Source: an uncultured archaeon
GTDB lineage: Archaea; Iainarchaeota; Iainarchaeia; Iainarchaeales; Iainarchaeaceae
Assembly: GCA_964577555.1 (NCBI GenBank)
Contig: CAZNZM010000004.1
Span: 55,300 to 87,299, forward strand
Length of the DNA stretch: 32,000 nt
Direction of reading: 5' to 3'
The position numbers were made by a program, and so were the translations under genes. Positions 8,053 to 16,990 of the stretch are shown piece by piece (position 1 is the stretch's first letter; the number at the start of each line of letters is the position of its first letter). The notes beneath the pieces are model-generated. The model did no database searches. It saw nothing but the letters and a program-made list of their open reading frames with translations, and had not been told where the DNA came from.

Positions 8053-9466
8053 TTCTAAAACTTGAAACTATTTTTTGCACGCCAGAACCATACTGCATTG
8101 CCTTTTTAGGTTTATTACAAATCTCTTTAGGCAAACCAAGAGACAAAGCAAGGCGCCTAACAGGATGCTTCCTAACCTTGTCATGAAAAGACAAAATTTT
8201 TTCATTTACTGGAAAAGCCATTGCCTCACGAAAAAAAGCAGGAAACATAAAAGGAACCCTCAACTCCAAAGATTGAGAAGCAATAATGACATCATCCCTG
8301 TAAAAATTTCGGGACCACATCCTTGAAACAGAAAACCACAATTCATCCTCAACAGCACCAAAACCACCTTGCTTCAAAACATTAGCATAATTATTATAAC
8401 CACAAAAAATTTCATCACTGCCTTGACCGGAAAAAACAACTTTAAAACCAGATTTTGAAATAGCTTGGGCACAAGCAAGCCCAGGCACAGCCAAACCCAA
8501 TTGCATTTCATCAAAAAAAGAAAGAATCTTCATGCTACGAAAAGCCAAATCAACCACATCACTCTCTGAAAGAATCACTTTTTCAAGATTAAGCCCCAAA
8601 ATTTTTGCAGACCTTTCAGCATTTTTAACATCAAAACTATTCTTCAAACCAGCAACAAAAAGAGTTGTTTCAGGAACCCTCTTAGAAACTTCCATTGCAA
8701 TCAAAGAAGAATCAACACCACCACTAAAAAGAACAGCAGCCTTCTTCAACCCAGCGCATTGCAAATCCATTGCACGACAAAAACCCTGCTTCAAAGCCCA
8801 AAAAGAATAATTTTTTGGAACCAAAGAACGAAAATCATCCAGAGTAAAAACCGACTTATCAACAATCCCATTTTCCGAAATTTCAATAAAATGACCAGGC
8901 AAAAGAGGCCTAGGAAATTGAATACCAATCTTCATCAGAGCAGAAGGCTCAGAAGCAAAAGCAAAAACCGAATCATTCTCGCCAAACCACAAAGGCTTGA
9001 GGCCGAGAAAATCGCGAAAAGCATAAAGCTTGCCATTATAAAGCATGCCAACAGCATACTCGCCTTCAGCCTTTAAAAAAAAATCCTTTAACGAATCTTC
9101 AATACTTTTATTTTCAAGAGAATGAAAAATAAACTTTGCAACAACCTCAGAATCAGAAACAACCTTGCCTGGAAAAGGATCTATTTCTTTATAATTATAA
9201 ATCTGCCCGTTATGAGCAATAAAAACATCACCACACGAAAGAGGCTGAACACCATAACCAGTAGTGGAAAGCAAACAATGCCCTAAAACAACACTACTTT
9301 TAGGCAAAGGAAACAAACCCTTAAACGAATTGGACTTTTTTTCAAAAACAGGCGACTTTAAGCCAAAAGCTTGGGGCCCCCTGTGAGAAAGGCTGGATAA
9401 AAGAACAAAAGCCTCATGAGAAACATCCGCGCCGCGCTTAGAAAAAACACCAACAACTGAACACAT
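8039..9466 (-). CDS. Asparagine synthase (glutamine-hydrolysing)-like amidotransferase
   Basis: The start MCSVVGVF carries the Cys2 Ntn nucleophile. Other motifs are HRGPQAFG, LGHCLLSTTG, AHNGQIYNYKEI and the PP-loop AVLFSGGVDSSLIA. The track ORF extends 14 codons further upstream, to 9508. Confidence 0.8.
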   Translation of the reverse strand: MCSVVGVFSKRGADVSHEAFVLLSSLSHRGPQAFGLKSPVFEKKSNSFKGLFPLPKSSVVLGHCLLSTTGYGVQPLSCGDVFIAHNGQIYNYKEIDPFPGKVVSDSEVVAKFIFHSLENKSIEDSLKDFFLKAEGEYAVGMLYNGKLYAFRDFLGLKPLWFGENDSVFAFASEPSALMKIGIQFPRPLLPGHFIEISENGIVDKSVFTLDDFRSLVPKNYSFWALKQGFCRAMDLQCAGLKKAAVLFSGGVDSSLIAMEVSKRVPETTLFVAGLKNSFDVKNAERSAKILGLNLEKVILSESDVVDLAFRSMKILSFFDEMQLGLAVPGLACAQAISKSGFKVVFSGQGSDEIFCGYNNYANVLKQGGFGAVEDELWFSVSRMWSRNFYRDDVIIASQSLELRVPFMFPAFFREAMAFPVNEKILSFHDKVRKHPVRRLALSLGLPKEICNKPKKAMQYGSGVQKIVSSFRIKGN

Positions 9467-9715
9467 ATAAAAAACAACCAAAGAAAAATTTAAATCACAT
9501 GACAACAAAAAAAATTATATAAAAAAAATGGCTCACAAAAACAAACAAAACCTAATTAAAAAAAACAAAAACTTGGCTAGCAAAAAAATAATTAGTTAAA
9601 TTCAAAACAAAAAAAACTACAAAAAAAATTCTTTAAAAATAGTTTCTTTTATCTTAAGCCAGAAAACTAAAAAAAACAAAATATTATTAATCAGAACTTA
9701 TTTTACTATATAACT
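9467..9715 (+). repeat. Poly-A-dominated intergenic island with two anchor-motif copies
   Basis: TGGCTCAC is at 9529-9536 and TTGGCTAGC at 9573-9581. Each is followed by an A-run, and there is an aaaaaataatt module. Confidence 0.6.
9678..9690 (+). promoter_or_regulatory. TATA-like box upstream of the DUF4139 gene
   Basis: aaatattattaa is centred about 31 nt upstream of ATG 9716, which fits a leaderless or short-leader archaeal transcript. Confidence 0.3.
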
Positions 9716-11254
9716 ATGAAAATAGAAAATTTAAACAAATACATTCTAATCGCAACAGTTCTTTGCATAGGCATAATATCAATTTTTGCAATAAACATTA
9801 TAAACCAAAAAGAAGAAACAATTCTTGTAAACAAACCAAATTATAATATCAAAGAAGTATCATACAAAGTTACAGTAGGAAAACCTGAACAAGCACTAAT
9901 GCAAGAAACCAAAGAAAACACGGAAAAATTATCAAACGAACTCACAATATACAACCAAGACCTTGCACTGGTCAAAGACATTAGAAAAATAAATTTGAAA
10001 AAAGGGATTAACCTTATTGAATTCAAAGACACACCAGCAAAAATAGATCCAACAAGCGTACTTTTCAAAGATTTAACATACCCTGACACCGAAATTATAG
10101 AACAAAAATACGAATATGACCTAATAGATTCTTCAAAACTGCTTGAAAAATACATAGACAAACAAATCACAGTACAAGTCAACGAAGGACAAACAACAAA
10201 AGAATACACGGGAAAACTACTTGCAGGAAGCAAATTTGGAGCAATAGTACTTGAAACAAAAGACGGAATAATAACCTTAAACACATACTCAAAAATAACA
10301 TACCCAGAACTACCAGAAGGCCTAATCACAAAACCAACACTAATATGGAAAGCATATGCACAAAACGAAGGAGAAAGAAACACGGAAACAATCTACCTTA
10401 CAAGCGGACTTAATTGGAGAGCAGACTACATAGCAATAGTTAACAATGAAGACACAAAATTGGACTTCGCAGGTTGGGCAACAATAAACAACACGTCAGG
10501 TACAAGCTACCAAGACACTACACTTAAACTGGTTGCAGGCGAAATAAACAAAGTAAAAGAAACATATCCAACAATAAGAGAAAATATTTATGCAACAGCA
10601 ACCCAAAAAAGCGATTCACAATTTTTAAACGAAAAACTCTTTGAATACTATTTATACACTTTGGATAAAAAAACAGACATAGGCAATAATGAAACAAAAC
10701 AAATATCACTGCTCAACTCAAATAATGTCACCGTAAAAAAAGAATTTGTATACGACTCTTCAAGTTATTATTACAACTATTATTACAATAAAAACAATAA
10801 CAAAAAACAAGTCGAAGTAAAACTCAACATGAAAAACACAAAAACACAAGGACTTGGAATGCCAATGCCAAAAGGCATAGTCAGAGTTTATAAAAAAGAT
10901 TCAACAGGAAAACTCCAATTCATAGGAGAAGACCAAATAGACCACACCAAAACAGAAGACGAAATAGAACTTACAATAGGAAAAGCATTTGACGTATCAG
11001 GACAAAAAATACAAGAAAATATAGAAGAAACAAAAAATACGAGAAGTGAAAGCTACAAAATAACACTTGAAAACCAAAAAGACCAAGAAATAACAGTCAA
11101 AGTAAAAGAACACGCATACCCGTTTAATTGGACAATAATAAAAACTTCAATGCCGTTTGAAAAGAAAAGCTCAACAGAATTCAATTACTACGTAAAAGTC
11201 CCAGCAAAAGGAACGGCAGAAATCACATACACAATAGAATACAGAAACTACTGA
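9716..11254 (+). CDS. DUF4139-domain protein (N-terminal membrane anchor)
   Basis: After a TM helix, the pattern LTIYNQDLALVKD...YLTSGLNWRADYIAIV...LDFAGWATINNTSGTSYQDTTLKLVAGEINKV matches the conserved DUF4139 core, recalled from memory. Confidence 0.65.
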   Translation: MKIENLNKYILIATVLCIGIISIFAINIINQKEETILVNKPNYNIKEVSYKVTVGKPEQALMQETKENTEKLSNELTIYNQDLALVKDIRKINLKKGINLIEFKDTPAKIDPTSVLFKDLTYPDTEIIEQKYEYDLIDSSKLLEKYIDKQITVQVNEGQTTKEYTGKLLAGSKFGAIVLETKDGIITLNTYSKITYPELPEGLITKPTLIWKAYAQNEGERNTETIYLTSGLNWRADYIAIVNNEDTKLDFAGWATINNTSGTSYQDTTLKLVAGEINKVKETYPTIRENIYATATQKSDSQFLNEKLFEYYLYTLDKKTDIGNNETKQISLLNSNNVTVKKEFVYDSSSYYYNYYYNKNNNKKQVEVKLNMKNTKTQGLGMPMPKGIVRVYKKDSTGKLQFIGEDQIDHTKTEDEIELTIGKAFDVSGQKIQENIEETKNTRSESYKITLENQKDQEITVKVKEHAYPFNWTIIKTSMPFEKKSSTEFNYYVKVPAKGTAEITYTIEYRNY

Positions 11255-11305
11255 CAAACCAAAAAAGCAAAAAAGTGTTCTATACAAAAAATGCAAAATA
11301 AAACA

Positions 11306-13084
11306 TCAATCAACCAAATAATAATACTCCCCTTTGCTTTTCTGCTCCTGATCAAGCTGGGAACCAAATTTATTAACACGCGGCCTACCTGTTTCCGGAT
11401 CACGCCTAAAAGTTATCTGCATATGCTTAAGAAAATGATTCATGCCATCATGCATAGACATTGGAGCACTAGCAACACCATGTACAGAAGGCAAACCCTC
11501 AAACACCACCAACCTGTCAGAAACATAATCCTGAAAAAGAATATCATGATCAACAACCACAACAATCTTCTTTTTCAAATCAGCAACAGAACGAACAGCA
11601 CGAGCAATATTAAGCCTATCTTCAACATCAACAAAAGCAGTCGGCTCATCAAGCAAAATCATATCACAATTATTTCTGCTAAGAGCAACACCAACAGCAA
11701 CTTTTTGTAATTCACCACCACTCAAATCTGACATCAAATTATTTTGCAAATCATTTATGCCTAAACGCCTATCAACCTCATTCATAAAAACATGCATATC
11801 CAAATTCTGCGAAGAAATAAAATCGCCAACAGAAAGACCTTCAGGAGCAACAAGATACTGAGGCTTATAAGAAACACCGAGCTTTAACTCCACCGAACCT
11901 ATATCAGGTTTTTCAACACCCGCAAGCATTTTAACAAAAGTGGTTTTCCCAATACCATTAGGACCAAGAACACCAAGAACTTCAGCCTCGCGCAACTCTC
12001 CTGGCTTTACCTCAAGCTTAAAACCGCTAAAAGATTTCTTCATTTCCATGTATTCAACAATAATTTTCTTTTTCTTATAATCTGAAGAGGGCCTGACTTC
12101 AAACTTAAGCTCTTCACTCCTAAACCTGACATTCTCATCCTTTATATAACCAACAAGAAATTCATTTATGCCATTCCTAACAGTTTTAGGGTTTGAAACA
12201 ATCCCATAAACGGACTTTTTCCCATACAATACATGAACATAATCGCTCAAATAATCCAAAACGGCAAGGTCATGCTCAATAACCATCACCGGCTTGCCCA
12301 AAGAAGCAAGAGAACGCAAAGCCCTTGCAACAAAAAGACGTTCACGTACATCAAGATAAGAAGTCGGCTCGTCAAATGCATAAAAATCAGCATCCTTTAA
12401 AATAGCTGCTGCAATAGCAACCCTTTGAAGCTCGCCACCACTAAGATTAGAAACATCCCTATCAAGAATATTTGAAATATTCAAATCAGCAGCAACCTCG
12501 CCCAACTTCTTTCTCTCGTCAGCCTTTTCCAAAAGAGAAACAACAGAGCCTTTGAAAACATTAGGAATATTAGTAATATTTTGAGGCTTATAAGAAACCT
12601 TCAAAGACTTAGAAGCCAAAAAACTAAAATGAGCCAACATTTCACTGCCGCGAAAATACTTCAAAACCCTGTCAAAATCCGGCTCTGATTCAAAATCACC
12701 CAAATTAGGAACCAAAAAACCAGAAAGAATCTTCAAAATAGAAGATTTGCCAATCCCATTCCTGCCAACAAGCCCGACAACCTCGCCCTTTCTTATGACA
12801 GGCAACCTATAAACCCTAAAAGAATTCTTTCCAAACCTATGAATAGGCGGCTCTTTAAGCTCCTGAACAAGATTCTCAATATAAATACAAGAAACAGGAC
12901 ATTTTTGCACACAAATATTACAACCTATGCAAAGCTCCTCAGAAATAACAGGCAAATTAGAAACACCATCAAGAATTATGCACTCCTTCCCAGCCCTATT
13001 AACAGGACAAACATCACCACAAATAAAACTACACCCATTACCATTAATGCACTTTTCAGATTCCAAAACAGCCACACGAACCAT
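11306..13084 (-). CDS. abcE1: ABCE1 / RNase L inhibitor homolog (ribosome recycling ATPase)
   Basis: The N-terminal Fe-S domain has CINGNGCSFICGDVCPVNR and CIGCNICVQKCP. There are two ABC modules (GLVGRNGIGKSSILKIL, LSGGELQRVAIA, FDEPTSYLD; GVLGPNGIGKTTFVKML, LSGGELQKVAV, LLDEPTAFVD). The start is taken at MVRVAVLE. Confidence 0.92.
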   Translation of the reverse strand: MVRVAVLESEKCINGNGCSFICGDVCPVNRAGKECIILDGVSNLPVISEELCIGCNICVQKCPVSCIYIENLVQELKEPPIHRFGKNSFRVYRLPVIRKGEVVGLVGRNGIGKSSILKILSGFLVPNLGDFESEPDFDRVLKYFRGSEMLAHFSFLASKSLKVSYKPQNITNIPNVFKGSVVSLLEKADERKKLGEVAADLNISNILDRDVSNLSGGELQRVAIAAAILKDADFYAFDEPTSYLDVRERLFVARALRSLASLGKPVMVIEHDLAVLDYLSDYVHVLYGKKSVYGIVSNPKTVRNGINEFLVGYIKDENVRFRSEELKFEVRPSSDYKKKKIIVEYMEMKKSFSGFKLEVKPGELREAEVLGVLGPNGIGKTTFVKMLAGVEKPDIGSVELKLGVSYKPQYLVAPEGLSVGDFISSQNLDMHVFMNEVDRRLGINDLQNNLMSDLSGGELQKVAVGVALSRNNCDMILLDEPTAFVDVEDRLNIARAVRSVADLKKKIVVVVDHDILFQDYVSDRLVVFEGLPSVHGVASAPMSMHDGMNHFLKHMQITFRRDPETGRPRVNKFGSQLDQEQKSKGEYYYLVD

Positions 13085-13140
13085 GCAATAACCAACGAAA
13101 AAAGATTTTAAAAAACTGAACACTTGACAAATAAACAAAA

Positions 13141-13157
13141 AAATTTATAATTTAAAA
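13141..13157 (+). promoter_or_regulatory. TATA-like box in the ABCE1/Pelota divergent spacer
   Basis: aaatttataatttaaaa is centred about 33 nt upstream of ATG 13180. A second A/T box (gattttaaaaaac, 13103-13115) lies about 25 nt upstream of the ABCE1 start on the other strand. Confidence 0.4.
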
Positions 13158-13179
13158 CCTTTCAACAAAACCAATAATC

Positions 13180-14217
13180 ATGAAAATACTCAAAATAGAC
13201 AAAAAAGAAAACTACATACAAATAATTCCTGAATCATTCGACGACTTGTGGCACATAGAAAAAATAATAGAAAAAGGAGACAAAGTCAGCGGAGAAACAG
13301 AAAGAAAAATAAAACCAAAAAACGAAGGAGAAAAAACATTCAAACAAAAAATATTCGTAGAAATAGAAACAGAAAAAACCCAATTCCACGAAACAACAGG
13401 AGAACTAAGAATACTTGGCAAAGTAATTTCCGCAAAACCAGAAGAATCAGTACCACACGGCATGGCACACACAATAGAAGCCAAAACAGGCACAAAAATA
13501 TCAATAAAAAAGAACAAACTCAAAGAATACCAAATACAAAGACTAGAAAAAGCAAAAGAAACAACAACAAAGCAAAAACCAATAATAATACTCTTAGACG
13601 ACGAAGAAGCGGAAATAGCAACATTTAAAGACACAGGAATAGAAACAAAAGCAAAAATAAAAAACATAGAAAAACAAGGAAAAATGTTCAAAACAGAAGA
13701 CAAAACAAAATACTTTGAAGAAATATCAGAAAAAATCAATACAACAAAACCAAACTCAATAATAATAGCAGGACAATCCTTCCAAATACAAAAATTAGAA
13801 AAATACTTAAAAGAAAAAAACTACAAAGGACAAATATTCACAGAACCACTCAATTCGACAGGACACTCAGGATTCAACGAACTAATAAAAAACGGAAAAA
13901 TGGACAAACTACTTGAAGGAATACAATCCACAGAAGAAATAAAAGCACTGGAAAGACTAATGAAAGCAATAAGCAAAGAAATGGCCGCAATAGGACAAAA
14001 AGAAACACTAAACGCACTTGAAAAAGGAGCGGCAAGCGAACTAATGATATCGGAAAAATTCACAATAGAAAAAAGAGAAGAAGCAAACCAACTTCTGGAA
14101 ATGGCGGAACAAACCAAAACAAAAATACAATTCTTTTCGCCAAAAAGCCAAGCAGGAAAAACTATTGAAGGATTTGGCGGAACAGCAGCAATACTAAGAT
14201 ACAAAGAAAAATACTAA
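13180..14217 (+). CDS. pelA: Pelota / Dom34 (mRNA surveillance, ribosome rescue)
   Basis: The N-terminus MKILKIDKKENYIQIIPESFDDLWHIEKIIEKGDKVSGETERKI matches the Pelota signature. The 345-aa length and the eRF1-like C-terminal region (GFGGTAAILRY) also fit. Confidence 0.9.
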   Translation: MKILKIDKKENYIQIIPESFDDLWHIEKIIEKGDKVSGETERKIKPKNEGEKTFKQKIFVEIETEKTQFHETTGELRILGKVISAKPEESVPHGMAHTIEAKTGTKISIKKNKLKEYQIQRLEKAKETTTKQKPIIILLDDEEAEIATFKDTGIETKAKIKNIEKQGKMFKTEDKTKYFEEISEKINTTKPNSIIIAGQSFQIQKLEKYLKEKNYKGQIFTEPLNSTGHSGFNELIKNGKMDKLLEGIQSTEEIKALERLMKAISKEMAAIGQKETLNALEKGAASELMISEKFTIEKREEANQLLEMAEQTKTKIQFFSPKSQAGKTIEGFGGTAAILRYKEKY

Positions 14218-14218
14218 A

Positions 14219-14584
14219 TCACCTAATCCTGAATTCAAACCACTCCACCTTCTTATGCTCAACCAAATCCTTAATCAACTTCTGCTTTGAAGAAAGCTGG
14301 CCAGAACCGGATTTAAACTCTACAAAAATAATTTTATCATCCTCAAAAACAATCCCGTCAACAGGATTGCCCAAAAACCTGAAATTTTCAGGATTAAAAG
14401 GAAAATCCTTTACAAAAGGAATAAAATTCTCAGACATCTTCCCATACTTCACAGACTGAGAAAACTTAGAAAACTCCAAATCACGCAAAGCAGATTCAAG
14501 AACAAAAACCCTTTTCAAAAGAAAAAAAACCAAAACAACAAGCACAACCAAAGCCAAAAAAAGAACAACCAAAACCAAATCCAT
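14219..14584 (-). CDS. Membrane-anchored endonuclease related to archaeal Holliday junction resolvase (COG4741-like)
   Basis: An N-terminal TM helix is followed by FRFLGNPVDGIVFEDDKIIFVEFKSGSGQLSSKQKLIKDLVEHKKVEW. This matches the family pattern D-x-I-V-F...I-x-F-V-E-x-K-(T/S)-G...L-S-x-x-Q, recalled from memory. Confidence 0.6.
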   Translation of the reverse strand: MDLVLVVLFLALVVLVVLVFFLLKRVFVLESALRDLEFSKFSQSVKYGKMSENFIPFVKDFPFNPENFRFLGNPVDGIVFEDDKIIFVEFKSGSGQLSSKQKLIKDLVEHKKVEWFEFRIR

Positions 14585-14647
14585 AAAATAAAAAACAAAA
14601 AAAACAAATTAAAACAATATGTCAAACAACCAAAAACAAAATAATAA

Positions 14648-14995
14648 TCAATAATACTTTATTCCATTGGCTGTAAGAGTAACAATCTTAAAATTGGAAC
14701 CCTTCTCCCTCAAAGCAGCCAAAACAGCCATATGCTCCTTTCCTGAACCAGAAGCCAAAGAAACAGCAATTTCACCCTCAGGCAATCTGGCTTTAATCTC
14801 ATCCTTAAGAGCCTCAAAACCAATCAAATTATTCAACAAAATCCATTCACACTCTTTAACAGGCTTGAAATTATTTTTACCCCACTCATTAGAAATAAGC
14901 AAAATCTTGTCATACTGGCCCTCATTTATCAACCTTGAAACATGACCCCAAGTACCCTTGCCAACACCCAACACGCCTAAAAAAGACATAGACAT
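14648..14995 (-). CDS. Hypothetical small alpha/beta protein (Gly-rich N-terminal loop)
   Basis: The ORF is intact and upstream of, and co-oriented with, the COG4741-like gene. It contains FLGVLGVGKGTWGH and SLASGSGKEHMAVLAALREKG. I recognise no family. The start is ambiguous (15025, 14995 or 14989). Confidence 0.4.
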   Translation of the reverse strand: MSMSFLGVLGVGKGTWGHVSRLINEGQYDKILLISNEWGKNNFKPVKECEWILLNNLIGFEALKDEIKARLPEGEIAVSLASGSGKEHMAVLAALREKGSNFKIVTLTANGIKYY

Positions 14996-15060
14996 AAATA
15001 TCAAAAAATATACATTACAAATCATTTAAAAACAGAAACGAAAAAAAGACAAAACAATAT

Positions 15061-15074
15061 TTTATTTTAAAAAA
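15061..15074 (+). promoter_or_regulatory. TATA-like box upstream of elp3
   Basis: tttattttaaaaaa is centred about 29 nt upstream of ATG 15096. Confidence 0.35.
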
Positions 15075-15095
15075 TACTCGCCCAAAAACTAATTA

Positions 15096-16781
15096 ATGAC
15101 TAAAAACTTTTACCAAGAAATTGCAGAAGAAATAGAAAAAAGAAAAACAACCACAAAAACAGAACTTGAAAAACTAAAACTTGTGCTTGGAAAAAAATAC
15201 CACATAAAAGAATTGCCATCAGACCCAGACATACTTGCAAAAATACCCAACCCATCAAAAAAAATCAAAAAAATACTGTCAATAAAACCACTCAGAACAC
15301 TGTCAGGCGTGGCGCCAATCGCAATAATGACAAAACCGGCAAAATGCCCACACGGAACATGTATTTACTGTCCAGGCGGAATAGGAAGCCGCTTTGGAGA
15401 CGTACCACAATCATACACAGGACATGAACCTGCAACAATGAGGGCAATAAACAACTTATACGACCCATACCTGCAAACAATTGACAGAATATTCCAATAC
15501 TATGCAACAGGACACAACCCAGAAAAAATAGAATTAATCATAATGGGCGGCACTTTCCCAAGCACGCCAAAAAATTACCAAGAAGAATTTATAACAGGAG
15601 CATTCCAAGCAGCAAACACATTTTCAAAATTTTTTTTCAAAAACCAAAAACTAAACAAAAAAAAATTCTCAAAATACCTCCAACTCCAACCAAACACAAA
15701 AAAACAAAAAATTGCAGAATTAAGAAAAAACACAACATTAGAAAAAGAACACAAAACAAACGAAAACGCAAAACTAAGAATAGTGACAATGTGCATAGAA
15801 ACAAAACCTGATTGGTGCAAAGAAAAACACATAAACAAAATGCTTGAACTTGGAACAACACGAGTAGAACTCGGCGTACAAACAATATACGACGAAATAC
15901 TCAAATTTACCAACAGGGGACACACAATAAAAGACACAAAAGAAGCAACCCGACTACTTAAAGATTCAGCTCTAAAAGCAACATACCACATAATGCCTGG
16001 ACAACCACTAAGCACAAAAGAAAAAGACATTGAAATGTTCAAAGAACTCTACCAAAACCCTGATTTCAGGCCAGACGGGCTCAAAATATACCCTTGCATG
16101 ATAATGCCCGGAACAGCCCTTATGAAAATCTACCAAAAAGGCAAATTCAAACCACTAAACACAGAAGAAGCCGCTGAAATAATCGCAGAAGGAAAAAAAT
16201 TCATTCCAGAATACACAAGAATACACCGAGTACAAAGAGACATACCAACAAAATTTTCAATAGCCGGAATAGACAAAAACAATTTACGACAAATCATAAA
16301 AGAAAAATGCGAAGAAAAAGGAATAACCTGCAAATGCATAAGATGCAGAGAAGCAGGAATAAATGAAAACACGGGAATAAAACCAGAATACTCAAACGTC
16401 CAATTAATTGAAAGAAAATACAATGCAAGCAAAGGAAAAGAAATTTTCATATCATTTGAAGACACATCAAACAACATAATACTTGGATTTTGCAGACTTA
16501 GAAAACCATACAAACCATTTAGACAAGAATTTACAGAAAATACTGCATGCATAAGAGAACTGCACGTATTCGGCAGAGCCTTAGAAATAGGAAAAAAAAA
16601 CACAACAGGACAACAACACAAAGGATTTGGAAAAATGCTAATGCAAAGAGCTGAAGAAATAGCAAAACAAGAATTCGGGTGTGACAAAATGCTTGTAATA
16701 AGCGGCATAGGAGCAAGAGAATACTACAAAAAAAAATTAGGATACGAACAAGAAGGTGTCTACATGTCAAAAAAAATATGA
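15096..16781 (+). CDS. elp3: Elp3-type radical SAM / GNAT tRNA uridine(34) modification enzyme
   Basis: The Elp3 radical-SAM region reads SGVAPIAIMTKPAKCPHGTCIYCPGGIGSRFGDVPQSYTGHEPATMRA. The C-terminal acetyltransferase part contains IRELHVFG...QHKGFGKMLMQRAEEIA. Confidence 0.92.
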   Translation: MTKNFYQEIAEEIEKRKTTTKTELEKLKLVLGKKYHIKELPSDPDILAKIPNPSKKIKKILSIKPLRTLSGVAPIAIMTKPAKCPHGTCIYCPGGIGSRFGDVPQSYTGHEPATMRAINNLYDPYLQTIDRIFQYYATGHNPEKIELIIMGGTFPSTPKNYQEEFITGAFQAANTFSKFFFKNQKLNKKKFSKYLQLQPNTKKQKIAELRKNTTLEKEHKTNENAKLRIVTMCIETKPDWCKEKHINKMLELGTTRVELGVQTIYDEILKFTNRGHTIKDTKEATRLLKDSALKATYHIMPGQPLSTKEKDIEMFKELYQNPDFRPDGLKIYPCMIMPGTALMKIYQKGKFKPLNTEEAAEIIAEGKKFIPEYTRIHRVQRDIPTKFSIAGIDKNNLRQIIKEKCEEKGITCKCIRCREAGINENTGIKPEYSNVQLIERKYNASKGKEIFISFEDTSNNIILGFCRLRKPYKPFRQEFTENTACIRELHVFGRALEIGKKNTTGQQHKGFGKMLMQRAEEIAKQEFGCDKMLVISGIGAREYYKKKLGYEQEGVYMSKKI

Positions 16782-16990
16782 AACAAAAAAGCAAATCGCG
16801 GCACGCAAAAAAAAACGACTCGCCAAAACAAAAAAAACAAGCCACAAAAAAAATAAGAAAACAAAATTGGCTCGCAAAACAAATCCAAAAATAAAAAAAC
16901 AAAAAAAATCAAAAAAAAATGGCTCGCAAAAAAAAACAAATTAAAAAAAATAATTCATATTCAGCCAAACAAAAAAAGCTAAAAACAAAT
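16782..16990 (+). repeat. Poly-A-dominated intergenic island with anchor-motif copies (between convergent genes)
   Basis: TTGGCTCGC is at 16867-16875 and TGGCTCGC at 16920-16927. Degenerate variants gcggcacgcaaaaaaaaac and cgactcgccaaaac lie near 16798-16840. Confidence 0.6.

Noticed and set aside
11291-11710. Plus-strand ORFs opposite minus-strand genes: 11291-11710, 12839-13111, 8075-8326, 8532-8810, 19408-19740, 19975-20583, 28541-28789 and 29568-29921.
   Set aside because: They are shadows of ABCE1, the AsnB-like gene, the ATPase, ORF 27799-29283 and dedA, whose conserved motifs identify the true coding strand.
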